A DNA stretch of 61,492 bases, the filler included, from Choristocarpus tenellus KU-1152 (lineage: Eukaryota > Protista > Phaeophyceae): assembly GCA_964200185.2 (NCBI GenBank). It is 8 parts of 8 records of this genome, joined end to end, with 100 filler letters (N's around TTAATTAATTAA, not from the genome) between each part and the next. Parts side by side here need not be neighbours in the genome. Positions count along the whole stretch, not along the records: positions 31,409 to 55,114 come from CAXNAD020000238.1; 7 more parts are not named here. One strand, 5' to 3'. Positions 39,365 to 52,500 of the stretch are shown in pieces. Each line of letters opens with the position of its first letter. Positions within the stretch are counted from its first letter, which is position 1. The position numbers and the translations under genes are program-made. The notes below the pieces were generated by a model, which was not told where the DNA came from, made no database searches, and saw only the letters and a program-made list of their open reading frames with translations.

Positions 39365-39735
39365 TATAAAGAACCTAGATCACCCTCGCTATACCTGTCC
39401 GCTCCCTCCTTCCCAAATGCTGCTTACGTTTGTAGGTCCAACAAATTACAACTTTGTATAAACATGATTAGTATATATCCCTCTCGGTGTGGAACACCTA
39501 GAAGATATTGAATTTGAGTTAATTCTGGTCGCAGGTCTACATGATATTCGATTGACAGAGGTGATATCTTCTTTAGGACACTACGCACATGGCTTTTGTA
39601 CTGAGTGCATATTGTCGAAGACTAGCCCCAGAGGCAAGGAGATCTCAGCGAATTTTCATTGCCTCAGTTCCCCCACCTCTATACAAACGAGGCTTGCACG
39701 CGAATACAAGGGTGGGAAAGAATAGTGATCATTGG
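39365..39735. promoter_or_regulatory. Probable bidirectional promoter, aldolase / methyltransferase-like gene
   Basis: 371 bp between divergent ATGs. Confidence 0.55.
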
Positions 39736-40845
39736 ATGAGATCTTCGGCACTTTTCTTGAGTGTTTGGCTGGTTTGTGCGTTGCCCTCCACAACGGTAAA
39801 TGCAGGCTGGTGGCCGTTTAGAAGTCGAGCGAGTTCAATCTTCGATGACCCGGTCTTGCGCAAGGCCCTTGAACATCGTCGAGAATCGGAGAAGGAGATG
39901 GGCAAATATGTGGAAAGTATGCGTGGCAAGTTTCAGGAACTGATGAGCTTGAAGACAAGTAAAAAGGTATTGATTGCATTACGATTTTCAGAAACGCAAC
40001 TATTTATAGTGAACGTCGACAATTGTTGCAATATTGATAAGGAGTGCTGACCAATTTACAGGTGGAATCCCCCCAAGCCTTCATATCCTCGCACTTGCGC
40101 ATAAACCAGCATATTCTTCGACTTGCTGTCCTTTCTGCAATGCATTTTGCATGATATCACATGCGGTACTACCTTCATGTATTCCTTACCCTCCCTCCTT
40201 CACCACACACAGATCGACCACGCCGAGTTTGAGCTCCGTGTGCATGCGCTAGGAAATGAGTTTGCCCTGGAGACCCAGCGCATCACCTACGGTATCGTGG
40301 ACCCACCAGACGCCCGTAGAGAGTACGAGACCTTGTATGGCTGCTGTCGGTACACTCCTGAAGCAATACGCCTCATCGCGAGCTTTTCTCCCATAGTGGA
40401 GATTGGGGGAGGGCGAGGTCATTGGCAAAAAGCTCTGAGAGAGGCTGGAGCCAGTGTGATTTCATTCGACAGTGGTACAAGCCCAAGACCCCTTGCTGCA
40501 CTTCCTCCGGTAGGGGAAGTTTATGCTGGTGATGAACTTATGCTTCGTGCTCACTGTGGCAAGACTCTACTGCTTGTGTATCCACCAGAGGGAGACATGG
40601 CTTTGCGATGTGTTCACGAATACGAAGGGGATCTCGTCGTGTATGTTGGGGAAGGAAGGGGTGGTGTAAATGCTTGCACGGAATTTTTTGACCTGATGGA
40701 ATCCGAATGGGTGGCAGAAGTGGTGATGGATCTTGACCCTTTTCCTCAGTGCTTTGAGCGCCTCTACGTCCTTTGCCGGAAGTCGATGCCTCCCAAGGGA
40801 AACTTTAGCTCATTAGTGTTGTCAAAAGAGAAGGGAAATACGTGA
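39736..40845 (+). CDS. Uncharacterised class I SAM-dependent methyltransferase-like protein with N-terminal signal peptide, 287 aa
   Basis: Exons 39736-39966 (MRSSALFLSVWLVCALPSTTVNAGWWPF...) and 40213-40845, phase 0. Motif I IVEIGGGRGHW, acidic residue after beta2 (VISFD), LLLVYPP and VVYVGEGRGG. Confidence 0.8.
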
Positions 40846-43509
40846 CTGGATGCAAGAAAATATAACAGCAGCAGTGGGATCGACAAATGATATTGCCACA
40901 AAAATGTCTAAATGTAGTTATGTTTTCCCGCCTTGGTGCAGCTTAAGTATTTATCAACCATAGTTGTACCCGAAAGTTGTCACAAGGTAAGAAAAATCTG
41001 AAAAGAGAGAGATCAGAGGAGTAAGCAAAGGTGGAAGCATTTCTGCTTGGTTCTGGTATCATCGACATTAGCATTTGCTGTTTTACTACATTGCTTGTAT
41101 GCTGTTACCTATTTTTATCTATTCTATGGCAATGTGTTGGGTTTATCCATTGTATCATACACACGACGATAGAATGTACAGAAGTGTACTTAGTTGAAGC
41201 AGCGCTTTGAAGCTGCCTGCCTCCCAAGTTTTAGCCTTCCTCAGATCCGTAGGTTGCACTTGGTTGTGCATAGGTCAAACCCATCAGAAGGGTGCTGTAA
41301 CACAACATCCCCTGGCCCTTCTCAAATATCTTTCCTACCTGCTGTGTTAGTGAGAGCAAGTTTGATACAGGAGTTTCATGGACACCTACATGAATTCGCA
41401 CTGTAAGATATGGGATCGGGGGCTTTTAAAAAATGTTTTTTCTTTTATTATTTTAATTCTAGCATACAAGTGAGTCCCCTCTTTGTTCATGAGGCTCAGT
41501 ACAATTTTTATGATCAGAACTAAAGAATAATTTATGTGAAAGTTCCTTAGAATGGTGGGACGTCCATCCTGGCACCGTTGGCTGTGTGCAAAATACTAAG
41601 CATTGAGGCCATTATCACCCACCAAGTAGGAGGACTGACTTGAGCTCGGATTGTGATAGATGTTCTTGTTAGGCCTTGGCAATTCTTCCTGTAACCCTTC
41701 CATGTTTCCAAGTCATGCTCGTTTGACCCTCTTGTAGGGTGGCCCGTTGTACTTATCCCTTTCTCCTGGCTTGCAATCCTTGCCTCTGGATACTTGGAAC
41801 CTTTAACTACAGCGTTTTGCCATTTAGATGCCATTGTCATTGCCCACATTTCCCCTTACATTATCCTTTGGAATACCTATATTAATATCAAGATTTCTTT
41901 AGCCCTACGCTGTATGCTTCAATGAAATGGTATTTTGTACTATATGCCTGCTGTTATTACACGGATGTGATCAGGGGGAAGAAAGAACACAACCGAGCAC
42001 AGCAGACTGCGTCATTGCTTTCAACTAAGACATTCCTATACACATGCCGATTGTTGTACCACCAGTATTAATATAATACTTTCAAGTAGCATTTTACTTT
42101 TCAAGTATCCTGTACTAAGAACCAGACGATACAGCTGTATGTTCTGCTATGCTAATACTACTAGCACTCTGAATGCAGTTTAGAGTGAAGAAATCTAGGG
42201 TCGCTCGGACCCCACCTGGCCCGCCCAAACTTCATCTCCACCTTAATTAAGTGCATAATAAGCCCTGATAATGTAACTTGTGTGATCATTACTAACATGA
42301 ACACTTCATTCCAGGCGGCCCCTCACAGCGCCCTTCCTTTTTAACCTGCCTTCTCCCCCTACCACCCTTCATTTGAGAAGTTACCTCATCAAATGTAATG
42401 AACTAATTAAGAGTATAAATGTTCCTCATGCGAACAGAGTTGCTTTCTTGTTTACAAATATGCCACAACTAATACCGAGGTATTAGAGACCCTTATGTTA
42501 AACAAGCAGGACAAACTGATGTTGAGGTTTTGTTTGTTGGATTATTCCGCCCATGGTAGCATCTGCAGCTAATGGACAACATACTTGCAGTTACTCAGTA
42601 ATCAACAGGTCACAGGCACATGACCGTTCATTGACGTCAGATAGTTTCAAGTATACGCCCAATGGTCCAAATAGATAAGGAAAATGTCTAAGAAAAGAGG
42701 ACAGGAGGTAGATACAGGCCTTTCCCCTGTTTTCTTCGACCACTCCCTCACTATCATATTCTTGGTTTCATAACAAACACCTACAGGGCAACCCCTTTGA
42801 TTCATCTAATCTTCTCTAATGGCTCAAGGCTCCTAACACAGCCTTTTCGTTTCCTATTAAACCTTGCTGAATGCGACAGTGTTCCTATATGCCTGAATAT
42901 CTATTTCCTCATCTCCAGAGGGTGAGAACAAGACCAGTTTTGCACCCATCAAGTGACCAACTGGGTCACAATTCTACAGGGTAATTTTATAGTAGCATAC
43001 ACCTCCAAGTATATATACTGTATTTCATGTACGATGTACATACTATGTATCATTATGTGCTGTACCCACAGATTTTTTGCAGACGTTGACGTTGTGATCG
43101 AGGGAACAAGAACCAGGAATCAAGGCAAAGAATACAACATACACGACTTTGAGAAGAAAAGGCTTTCTGATACATCAACCGTATATATGTAAACAAAAAA
43201 GCAACTCCATCGACAATTGGACCAATGTAGCAGCAATAGTAAGTACTTCGAGTACATTTGTCTGAAAACAACAGCTAGAACTACTCCTAAACTGGAAAAC
43301 TGGCATTGTGGAGGGGTCTAGAACAAGGGAAGAGGTTCACGAGTTTTCAAAGACCATATGTGCTCTACGTTACATACTGTTACGTATACTACCTGAGGTC
43401 TACAATAAGAGAATTAGAGCCAGTTGAAAATGTTGTATTAAATCGTGAAACGCCTCACTAAACGTGATACATATATGGGTTGGTGAAATCCAAAATAAGA
43501 TGTTACCAG

Positions 43510-46500
43510 GTTTGCTCAATGACTTCCACATTTCTCTCCATCGATCAAAATGTGGGGGAATCCGTAAATGCACCAGAATCAACAGATTCTTCATGTCCCA
43601 TTTGTGTGTCTCCTTGCCCAGACATAGGATCTCCACCAGGGCTTCTAGCATGTGATGAAGGTATGGAATGGGTAATGATATGGTGTGATGCACAGTCCTC
43701 TGTCTTCCTGTCTTATTTCCCACTTACAAGGAGATTTCAAGACTCGCTGTAGTAAGCACGTTACCCTTTTACAGAAGTTCTTGCCCAGCGTTTCTTTTAT
43801 ATTTATTGGATCATAATGGAGACCACTTTGTTGAACTTTATCCAATTGCTGGCATGGACTAGGTAGGTCTCACCAGGCAAAACTCTGCGCTCAGCACAAA
43901 GTGAGACTTTATTATCAGCAGATAGCTTCTCACACTCCTAATCTGCATTTCACAAGGCGACAAGAACTTGAGTAAAGTTCGTGACCTCCGAACTGGATGC
44001 GAATTTTTGGTCAATAATGTGGAGACCCCTTTGGACAATAATTCAGATCTGGAGCCCGCGAAAGCCATGGCAAGCGACGGTTATAAGGAAGACAACGTCT
44101 TACATTCATCAGTTATGGATAAGAGGAACTCATCATTTGAAGACGGCAGCGAAAATATCGATCTTGGACCTGTATTGGATCAGACGAAGAAGCCTTCCCT
44201 ATCTAATCTTGACGATCGCTTGGCTTGCACACACAAGAATAATCAAAACAGAGGGGAATCTCAGAGGGAGGAACCACTGAAATCGGTGGTGCCAGAACAG
44301 CATTGGAAGCCAATGGATGGAAACCTTTGGCAACGAGGAGTAAAGTGGACAGGGGAATCGGTTGAGCTGCAAGATGTGAAAGCTCTAAGCAACGACAATG
44401 AAGCAGGCGGAGCAATAAGTCATAAGGAGATAGAGGTTGTCAATATGAGCGAAGTAGTTCCTGTCGTTATTGAGAGGCCTCCTCACACTGAGCTGCAAGG
44501 TACATTGCTAAATGGTGCTGACTGTGAACTCATACAACTCTCCGAGTTAGTTGTTGAGCAGGGCGAGAGGTCAATCTTGGCATGCAATGGGGACACTGGT
44601 CTCTGCCCCTGTGAAGGGGGAGGATGTCAAAAAGGTGCCAAGTCCAAAGAGGGGCGAAGCAAAGTGCAGTTAAGCGGCATTAAAATGAGAAATAAGCCAG
44701 AGGGAAGGTGGAATGTACAAGGTGGTCATAGTGAAGGGACAGTTAGATATCAAATAGCAGGAGAGGATAACGACAACATGAAAGGATCCTGGTTTTCTGA
44801 GATTGAACACAATAACAGCATTGAACTGATGGGTCAGGATGCAATAAGTCAGACTGAGAGAGATGAGACAGACCTTAAGAACATGTGTAGAGACGTCGAT
44901 GTAGTGACTAGACCAATGACAACTCGGCCTTGTTCAGAACATGTGACAGGCAGAGGGAAAGGACAAGACTTGGAACAGCCTACAATTGAACCCCTCTCCC
45001 GTATAGCCTCCAGCTCAACCCTTTCAACGTATGGTGCAGGACTTGAATCCCTTGCATTGTATGTGGCAGATCAATCAGTAACTTGCTCTCAGGCTGTGGA
45101 GATGTGCCCATCCTCTCCTCAACCAGGCACAGTTGAGAGTATCCGTAATTTGAGAAAGGACAGTTGCATAGAAGCAGGGAAAGATGAGAAAGTAGTGTTA
45201 CAAGTTGAAGTGTCTGGACAGTCAGACCATTGCTTCAGTGGAAAAGATGGACTACCAGATGTCAAGCAGCAACATAAGTATTTTGAGGGGGGTGAGAGTG
45301 TTGTATCGCGTATTGACGAAAATGAAGCAGAAGAATCTCAGTGTGATATACAATTTGACAGCGTGAAGGCACTATCTATCTCACAGAGGAAAAGTACTGT
45401 GAAGCCCATGAACATGGGAAACGAGGAGATAGAACAAGGGGTGGGAAAGTCCACAGTGGTGGAGGGGTGTTTTGGTACAACAGGTATTGCGGCAAGTGTG
45501 CTTCGGGAAGAGCAAGGGATAGATGGAGTACCTGAGCAGCTGAAGAGACTACCTAGCGATAAATATTACAGTACCCAGGTTGCCTCAGACATTCAAAAAG
45601 GATTATACCTGCCTGTCCTTACTACTACCACAACTGGTGAGTCGGGCCAGGGGACCCCTAGAAAAGATGTCCAGGTGCCATTGGGATCTGAAGGTGTTCC
45701 TCACTGTCAAGAAGCGTTGACTCCAAACCGAATTGACCTTCTGGGACAGCAGCTTCTGCATTTTGGCACCAAACAAGGAAGCATTGTCAAGCTGCCCATG
45801 GGAATGCCCGAAGAAACGCATTTGATGCCGTGGGGAGAGGCTAGTAGAGGCAGGGATGTCACAATGACCTGTGAGCACACTAAGGGGTATACCTACAATA
45901 TGTCCTCGGTGGTGCTGGTCCAAAAGCTTATAAGGCGAAAACTTTCTAGAAGGAGACTCCACGAGGAGAGAGCAAATCAAATTAGTAGGGCCAAGGCTGC
46001 TATTTTGGTGCAGGCAATTGCTAGAGGAAGGATAGTGCGACAGCAGTCTTCAGGTGTCTGTTCCCAGAGTATTGATTATCCACCAATGAAGGACATTGCA
46101 GTTTCCTCAGCTGTTGTCACCAGCTCATCAGTGAGGCAAAAAGGTAAATCAATCTTCACCACGATGAAATACATGGTCTCTGAGAGGGATGGAGGAGGAG
46201 AGACCAAGGTGACAAGTGAGAAAGAAAAGGGGAAACAAGGAGAAACGGAAAAAGAGGAGAGATGGGAGAGCAGTGCAAGACCCGTTCAGACCATGTCCTT
46301 GAACATTACTGGTAGCAATGAGACAACACCTAATCAGTTGAATTTTCCTCTTGAAGGCAGTGCTGATGGTTTCACTGCTTCAATGCGCCTCAAAATTGGG
46401 CATGGAGAATGTGATGCCAAATTTATATTGGACAAACATTGCAGGTCCAACGCCGACTTCTTGGTGGATAACCTACAGGGCTTGGGGAACGAAACAGGCA

Positions 46501-49500
46501 AGAAAGGAGATCTGCAGCAGCTTAGTTACAAGTATGTGCAAAGGAAAAGCAAGGATGGAGACCTAAGACCAGAGTGTGGAGAGTTGGACAATTCCTTAAG
46601 GGTGTTAGAGGTGCAGTGCAACAAGGAAAACTCTATGGATTGTAACGAACAAAGAGTAGTGACAATGGAGGGAGGAGTTGTCACTGATAATCTTGACCAG
46701 AGCAATGCGGAATGGGATCCTGCTGTGGGAGATGACCGGTGCCCCTACGCATTGGGTGATGGGGACATACTAAGTTTACCCACTGGAGGATGGGAAGGAA
46801 TAAAGACCAATAGCCCGGGAGGACAGGAGCAGTATCTGGAGACAAACGAGAAAGTTCCGAATTTGGATATTGAAGCAGATGATGAGTATCATAGACATTC
46901 TCAGAACACGAAAAGTGGACAGGAAAACGATCAATTGGCGCTGTTGGAACAGAATAGATTGTGTGTTTTGGTCGACACTGCTGACAACAGAAAGAGCGGC
47001 AAGGTGCACCCGAAGGAAGGATGCCAAAGCACAAGAGCAACAGGGTACATGGGGCTATCTGATGTGCCAAGGGTAGCTGAGGCGAATTGCATACTGAGGG
47101 CACAGGAGCATCTTGAACTGATGTGGAATTTAACATTCTGCCAGGAAGTCATCGTTGATGAGTTGAAAGACAAGGGACTAGGGCAAGAAGCAATCAAGAT
47201 AGCTACAGAGAAAATCCGGTGCGTTATACTAGAATAATCTTGTTGCAGGCCATCATCCCTGCTCCACATATCACACCATATCTATACACTGATTCCCCAA
47301 ACAGTGGACTTGCATGCATTGTTCAGGGATCTCACTCCGTTTAACTTTCTTCCGGTTGCGGTGGCCAGTGCTAACGCCCTTCAGATGACTGCGGCAGTTC
47401 AGCATTTCAACAATGCAATATGCAGCAGCAGCAGCAGCAGCAGCAGTGGATCAAGGTTGCAAGGATACAACTTGCGACAAGGGGACCCTAGAAACCAATT
47501 GAGAATTGCACCCATTGTTGGAGCTCCCGACGTGACCAATGGCACCAACAGAGAGTCTGAAGAAGGCAAGGATGCGATTTTTTTGACAAGCAATACTGCA
47601 ACACAAAGCGATGATCCCCCATCCTTAATGGGCGATGTCTCTGAGGTGGTTGGTCGAAGAGTTCAAACCGCTGCAGAGGACCGCCCAGAAGTGTTTTGGG
47701 GAATGCTGCTCAGCTTCCAGGTTGGTCGAGTTGCACAACATCAGATGAGAAGAGGAGCTATCGTTCAGGCAGCGCAACAGGATGACCCTGCTCATGTGAT
47801 CTCAGTAGCAGATCTGGGATTGTCGACTAGGCTCCAGACCAAGGCATTGAACCTGATGGAGGAAGTTTTGAAGCAACCATGTGTTCATCTTGACATTCTG
47901 GATACAACCACCAACGGTGAGAGGAGCTCTATTCCATCAACTCTTACAGAAACTCTTCCAATAAATGGTGCAAGTTTGGATGTCAACTCTTCATCGAGAC
48001 CATTTCCCTTTAAAATGAGCCCACCAGTCACATCAGTGAAAGGAAGAAGCTCAGGATTGTGGCCTGAGACATCAAGAAATCTCGAAAAGACTACACACGA
48101 CTGGATGCACTTGTTCAGAGACCTGCAGGATGAAATTGACAAAATGCTTGCATGTGAAGGCAATACATGCGAAACAAATGGGGTTCAGATTCAGGGAGCT
48201 TCACCAGACAGAGACAAGGATAGCAATGATGTACAGAGGATTTCCTGTGGAAGTTCAGAACACACACCAAACAAAATCGACTTAGGAGAGCTGCATAGTT
48301 GCACCACCTTGATTGCCCAAGCAACAATACCTAGTTTGTACACATTGGTGAGGCTCTACCCCAGGGCTAATGTTTGCATGGATCAAAGTCAGTGTATACA
48401 CCAGGCTGTACCCGCACCAGGCCTTCCCAGGACATCTATTTTTGCTCTCTCCGCAGTTGACGTGCTCTCGACCTTCTCATCTTTCACTCCCCCACCTCCA
48501 TTGCCACAATCATTTGAGGGTGTACCTGCAGCAGATATGGGCAATGGTAATATGGAAGTTGAACCTGTAAGTTTGTGTTGTCGAAGCAGCCTTCGTGCAA
48601 GAACCAGAAGAATTCAAACTGTTACCAGAATTGCATCCCCTAATTGTTGGAGGCTCCTACGTGATGGAGTACTTCACCGACACTTAGCAACGAGGGGAAG
48701 GGGGGCCACAGAGGCAGGACTGGGGAATCCCTGGGGGTTAGGACCTCCCACCATGCCTCACCCCAGAAGAGAGAAGAGGGAAATTCAGATACCCCAGCCC
48801 CAACCTAGAGTGAAGAGGACTAGTGTATCAAGGGGCAGTCGGCATGTGGACAAGAAAAGTGCACATAGACTTACCTGTGATCCAGTTACAGCCCTAGGGC
48901 GTCACATATTGAAGTGGAAAAAGATAGCAAAGGCACAGGCCAACAGGCAACGGCAGAAGTATGATGCAGATGTTTTGAGAGCGCAACAGGCTGGTCGACA
49001 GTTACAGTGTGAAACTGTTTCAGCCGCCCTGAGGGGCATGGGTCAAGTTCTTGATGGGGAGAGGGGGCGTGGAGGTGGAGGAGTAGGATTGGGCACGTTT
49101 TCCAGGACTTACAGTCTGAGCAAAGGTCAGCGTGTCTGCGATGTGCCGGTGGCCCATGTGGAGGAGCTTCTTGATATGCTAAGTCGTTTTTTTTTCTCAG
49201 ATTTTCAGGTGTGTTTTTTGGTTTTGAGAGTAAAGATAACTTTGAGAGGGGAAAAAAACATAAAAAAACGTAATTCGGTGAGATACGTACACGAGCAATT
49301 TGTAAAGTTAGCACGTCATTGTACTGTCAATAGAAGTAGAGGGAGTGGGATCCAAGCTCAAGACAGAAAATAGCACGATTCACATAATGTGTTTCTCATG
49401 TTGCAAACTGAAATAATTTACATCTACGACTATTAGATCAGCTAGAGAAAAAAACGATTGATGCAATTGAATCGAACTTTTATCTGTTGGTACACTAGGC

Positions 49501-52500
49501 AAAACCTCTAAAGTCCCCACAGGTATCAGCAGGCAGATCCAAAGCCATGGTCAGTGAAATATGTCGCGAGTTATGAGTAGTGAGTAGCACCTTGTCACGA
49601 ATATATGGAGTTCTTGTGGGATCTCCCATATTTTGAAGCACATTCAGTAGTCACACTTTTGCTTCTACTGTGATAAACCCCCCCAGCCAAATAAACCCTT
49701 TCAGTTCAGTTATTTCGGATATGCAGAGTTTTTGCTATTGTACTGCCATGATTCAGAATAGATGGATTGTTTCGCATTATTAGAGCCCTAAAGCACCTCT
49801 CGCCACTCCATATTACTTCAAGTGGAAGATACGTCAATATTCCAACATGGAAACAAGTGGTTGGTCGAAAATAAGGCTCTAGAGTAGCAGCTGTTGCAAG
49901 TTAGCACCAGAGATACAGACGAAAGGGCAGCAAGTCCATCCAAATCAAATGTGAGAGGCATCTGATCCTATGAGTCCTCTCTTGTCTACTAACAATTCTT
50001 GTGTGATGTCAATCCACCGCCCGCACAATTCTACACTGCAAGGCGCACAGGAATCATTCCTTCCACAAAGCATTACCAGAGACTGACGAAGTCATTAACA
50101 GTGACAAGCAAAGCCCTCGACCTCAACATGGGAAGCACTGCTCGATGTGTGAGGTCCGAAAGTGATACCCTGCCCACTTATCACCTGCATACAACGTACT
50201 CTTTGGCACACATCATCCGACAAGTATCATAAACCGAACTCTCCTATTGGTTGGATGCCCACCCACTGCGCAAACCAGTATGATCATCACCCCATCCTCT
50301 CACTCACAGGGGCTGTTGGAGGAACTTCGTGATGAATTTTCCATTGTTCGTGAGGCGGAGAGCTGGGCGGAAGAAGCAAACCCTTTCTGTGGCATCCAGT
50401 CCTGTGAAGGTCATGAACCTTCTGTCATGTCCTCAAGTAGCTCAAGTTGTGACTGTGCAGGGGTTGGTATAGCCATTGCAACCATCGATGCTAACACTGA
50501 TCAGGAGAGATGCCCCCTTGCCACGACAAGAAGATTCAAGGATCTATCTGAGGAGAAAATGCCAGGCATTAACTGCATGTCAGAAACAGGTTCAGGAGAA
50601 GAAATAGGGGGAAAAGAAGGGATAGGCGCACAGAGAAAAAAAGCAGCACATGCAAGGGTGAAGGCTGATGGAGGGGCAAAAGTTGAGGCTAAATATGGAG
50701 GTGAACCGGGGCACCAGTCAGATGCTGATATGGAGACTGCTGTTGGGAAGCATTCACACTTGGGGTTTTCTGCTTCGTCTATAGGCAGGAGGGACAAGAT
50801 GAGAGATGAGACTGAGAGGAGACCGGATCCAAGAAATAGAAAGAGGGTATTCATGGTCGCATTCGCCAAGCATATTACTGAAGTGGATAAATATCCTCTG
50901 GACATTGCCCGACTGTGTTGCTTTGGACTCTTTCTCACAAAGAATGGGCTCCTTCATGAGGCATATGAGGTGAATGGCAGAACTCTACTAAGATAATAAA
51001 GAATTGAGGTGTGTGCTGAATGGGGAGGGGAGGAATTTGGGGTGTTTGCACTGTGCCAAAGTGGCGAATGTAGGTAGACTTTGTTGTAGCACACGCAAAG
51101 GTACTCCTCAATGTGTCCCAGCTTCATGAACACTGTGCCATTACTCTGACCCTCACAATCAAGCATCCACTGGAAGGTCCAATACCACCAAACCTGGCCA
51201 TCGGCTGATAGATATGGTCAAATAAAAGTCAAGAGAACATTCTATGCGCTCCAGTACAAGGTGTCAATATGAGCTCATCCTATTTGGAACCAAGGAGGGG
51301 GGCATAGAAGTGTGTAGCGGACTGTTGGAGAGATTCAGGTTATACATGATACTGCTACAGATCTTGAGATATAGAGTGAAAGTATCTTACAGGGTACGAG
51401 TTTAGATCTGTTTGTCTGTTTGGGGCTTGGCTTCCCACGGGGTTTTTTTGGCATTTTACCTGCTCTAAAACATTTCGGAGTAGGTAAAGTGTATACGTTA
51501 TGAAAAGGTGTGTCTGGAACAAGGATATTGACAGTTCCTAACAAACACTATAGCCAAATTTTCAACAAAATCGCAACATTGGATTTTCCCCAAAATGGAC
51601 ACGGTTCTACCCTCTAAGATACTTTGGATCATACCGTGAGCAGGAGATTGGGTCTCTGAAAAACGATAACATGTCTCTTAGTGCCAGACATTTGTGATTA
51701 TACATGATACAACAACACTGTAACATTGATTGACGAATATTCCAACATTTGCAGTGATACATATTCTTGCACTACCAGCTTGCACACTGCCTTCCTCGCA
51801 CTGGTAATGTGAACAATAAACCTCCTTGGTGTTCCTGTGATGTGATACTAGCTAGCACTCTGTAGAGTTTATAACTTCTCTGGTAGGTGACCTTGCCCAA
51901 GCTACCACCTATGTGCGCTTGTGTGAGCCAAAGTATCTTAGAGAGTAGAGCCGCGTCCATTTGGGGTCCAAAATTCAATGTTGTGATTTTGATGTAATTT
52001 TGGCCGTCGTGTTTGTTAGGAAGTGTCAATATCCATGTTCTGGACACACCTTTTCATAACGTATACATTTTACCTACTCCGAAACATTTTGGAGTAGGAA
52101 AATTCCAGAAAAGGACCATGGGAAGCCAAGCCCTGAACGGACAAACAGGGGAGCCAAAGTATCTTAGAGGGAAGAGTCGCGTCCATTTAGGGGACAAAAT
52201 CCAATGTTGCGATTTTGATGTAGTTTTGAGTATTCTGTTTGTTAGGAAGTGTCAATATCCTTGTTACGGACGCACCTTTTCATGACGTACACATTTTACC
52301 TACTCCGAAACATCTTGGAGTAGGAAGACGTCATACAAGTACTCCATGGGAAGCCAAGCCCCAAGTGGACAAACAGGGCAAAATTCGTACCCTCTAAGAT
52401 ACTTGCACTCTGTATTGTAATGAATGGATGTACCCAGCCTGCCAGAACTGCCTGCGGGCAGAGGTGTCTACAGGCACAAATGGTGTCGCCTGTCCTTACA

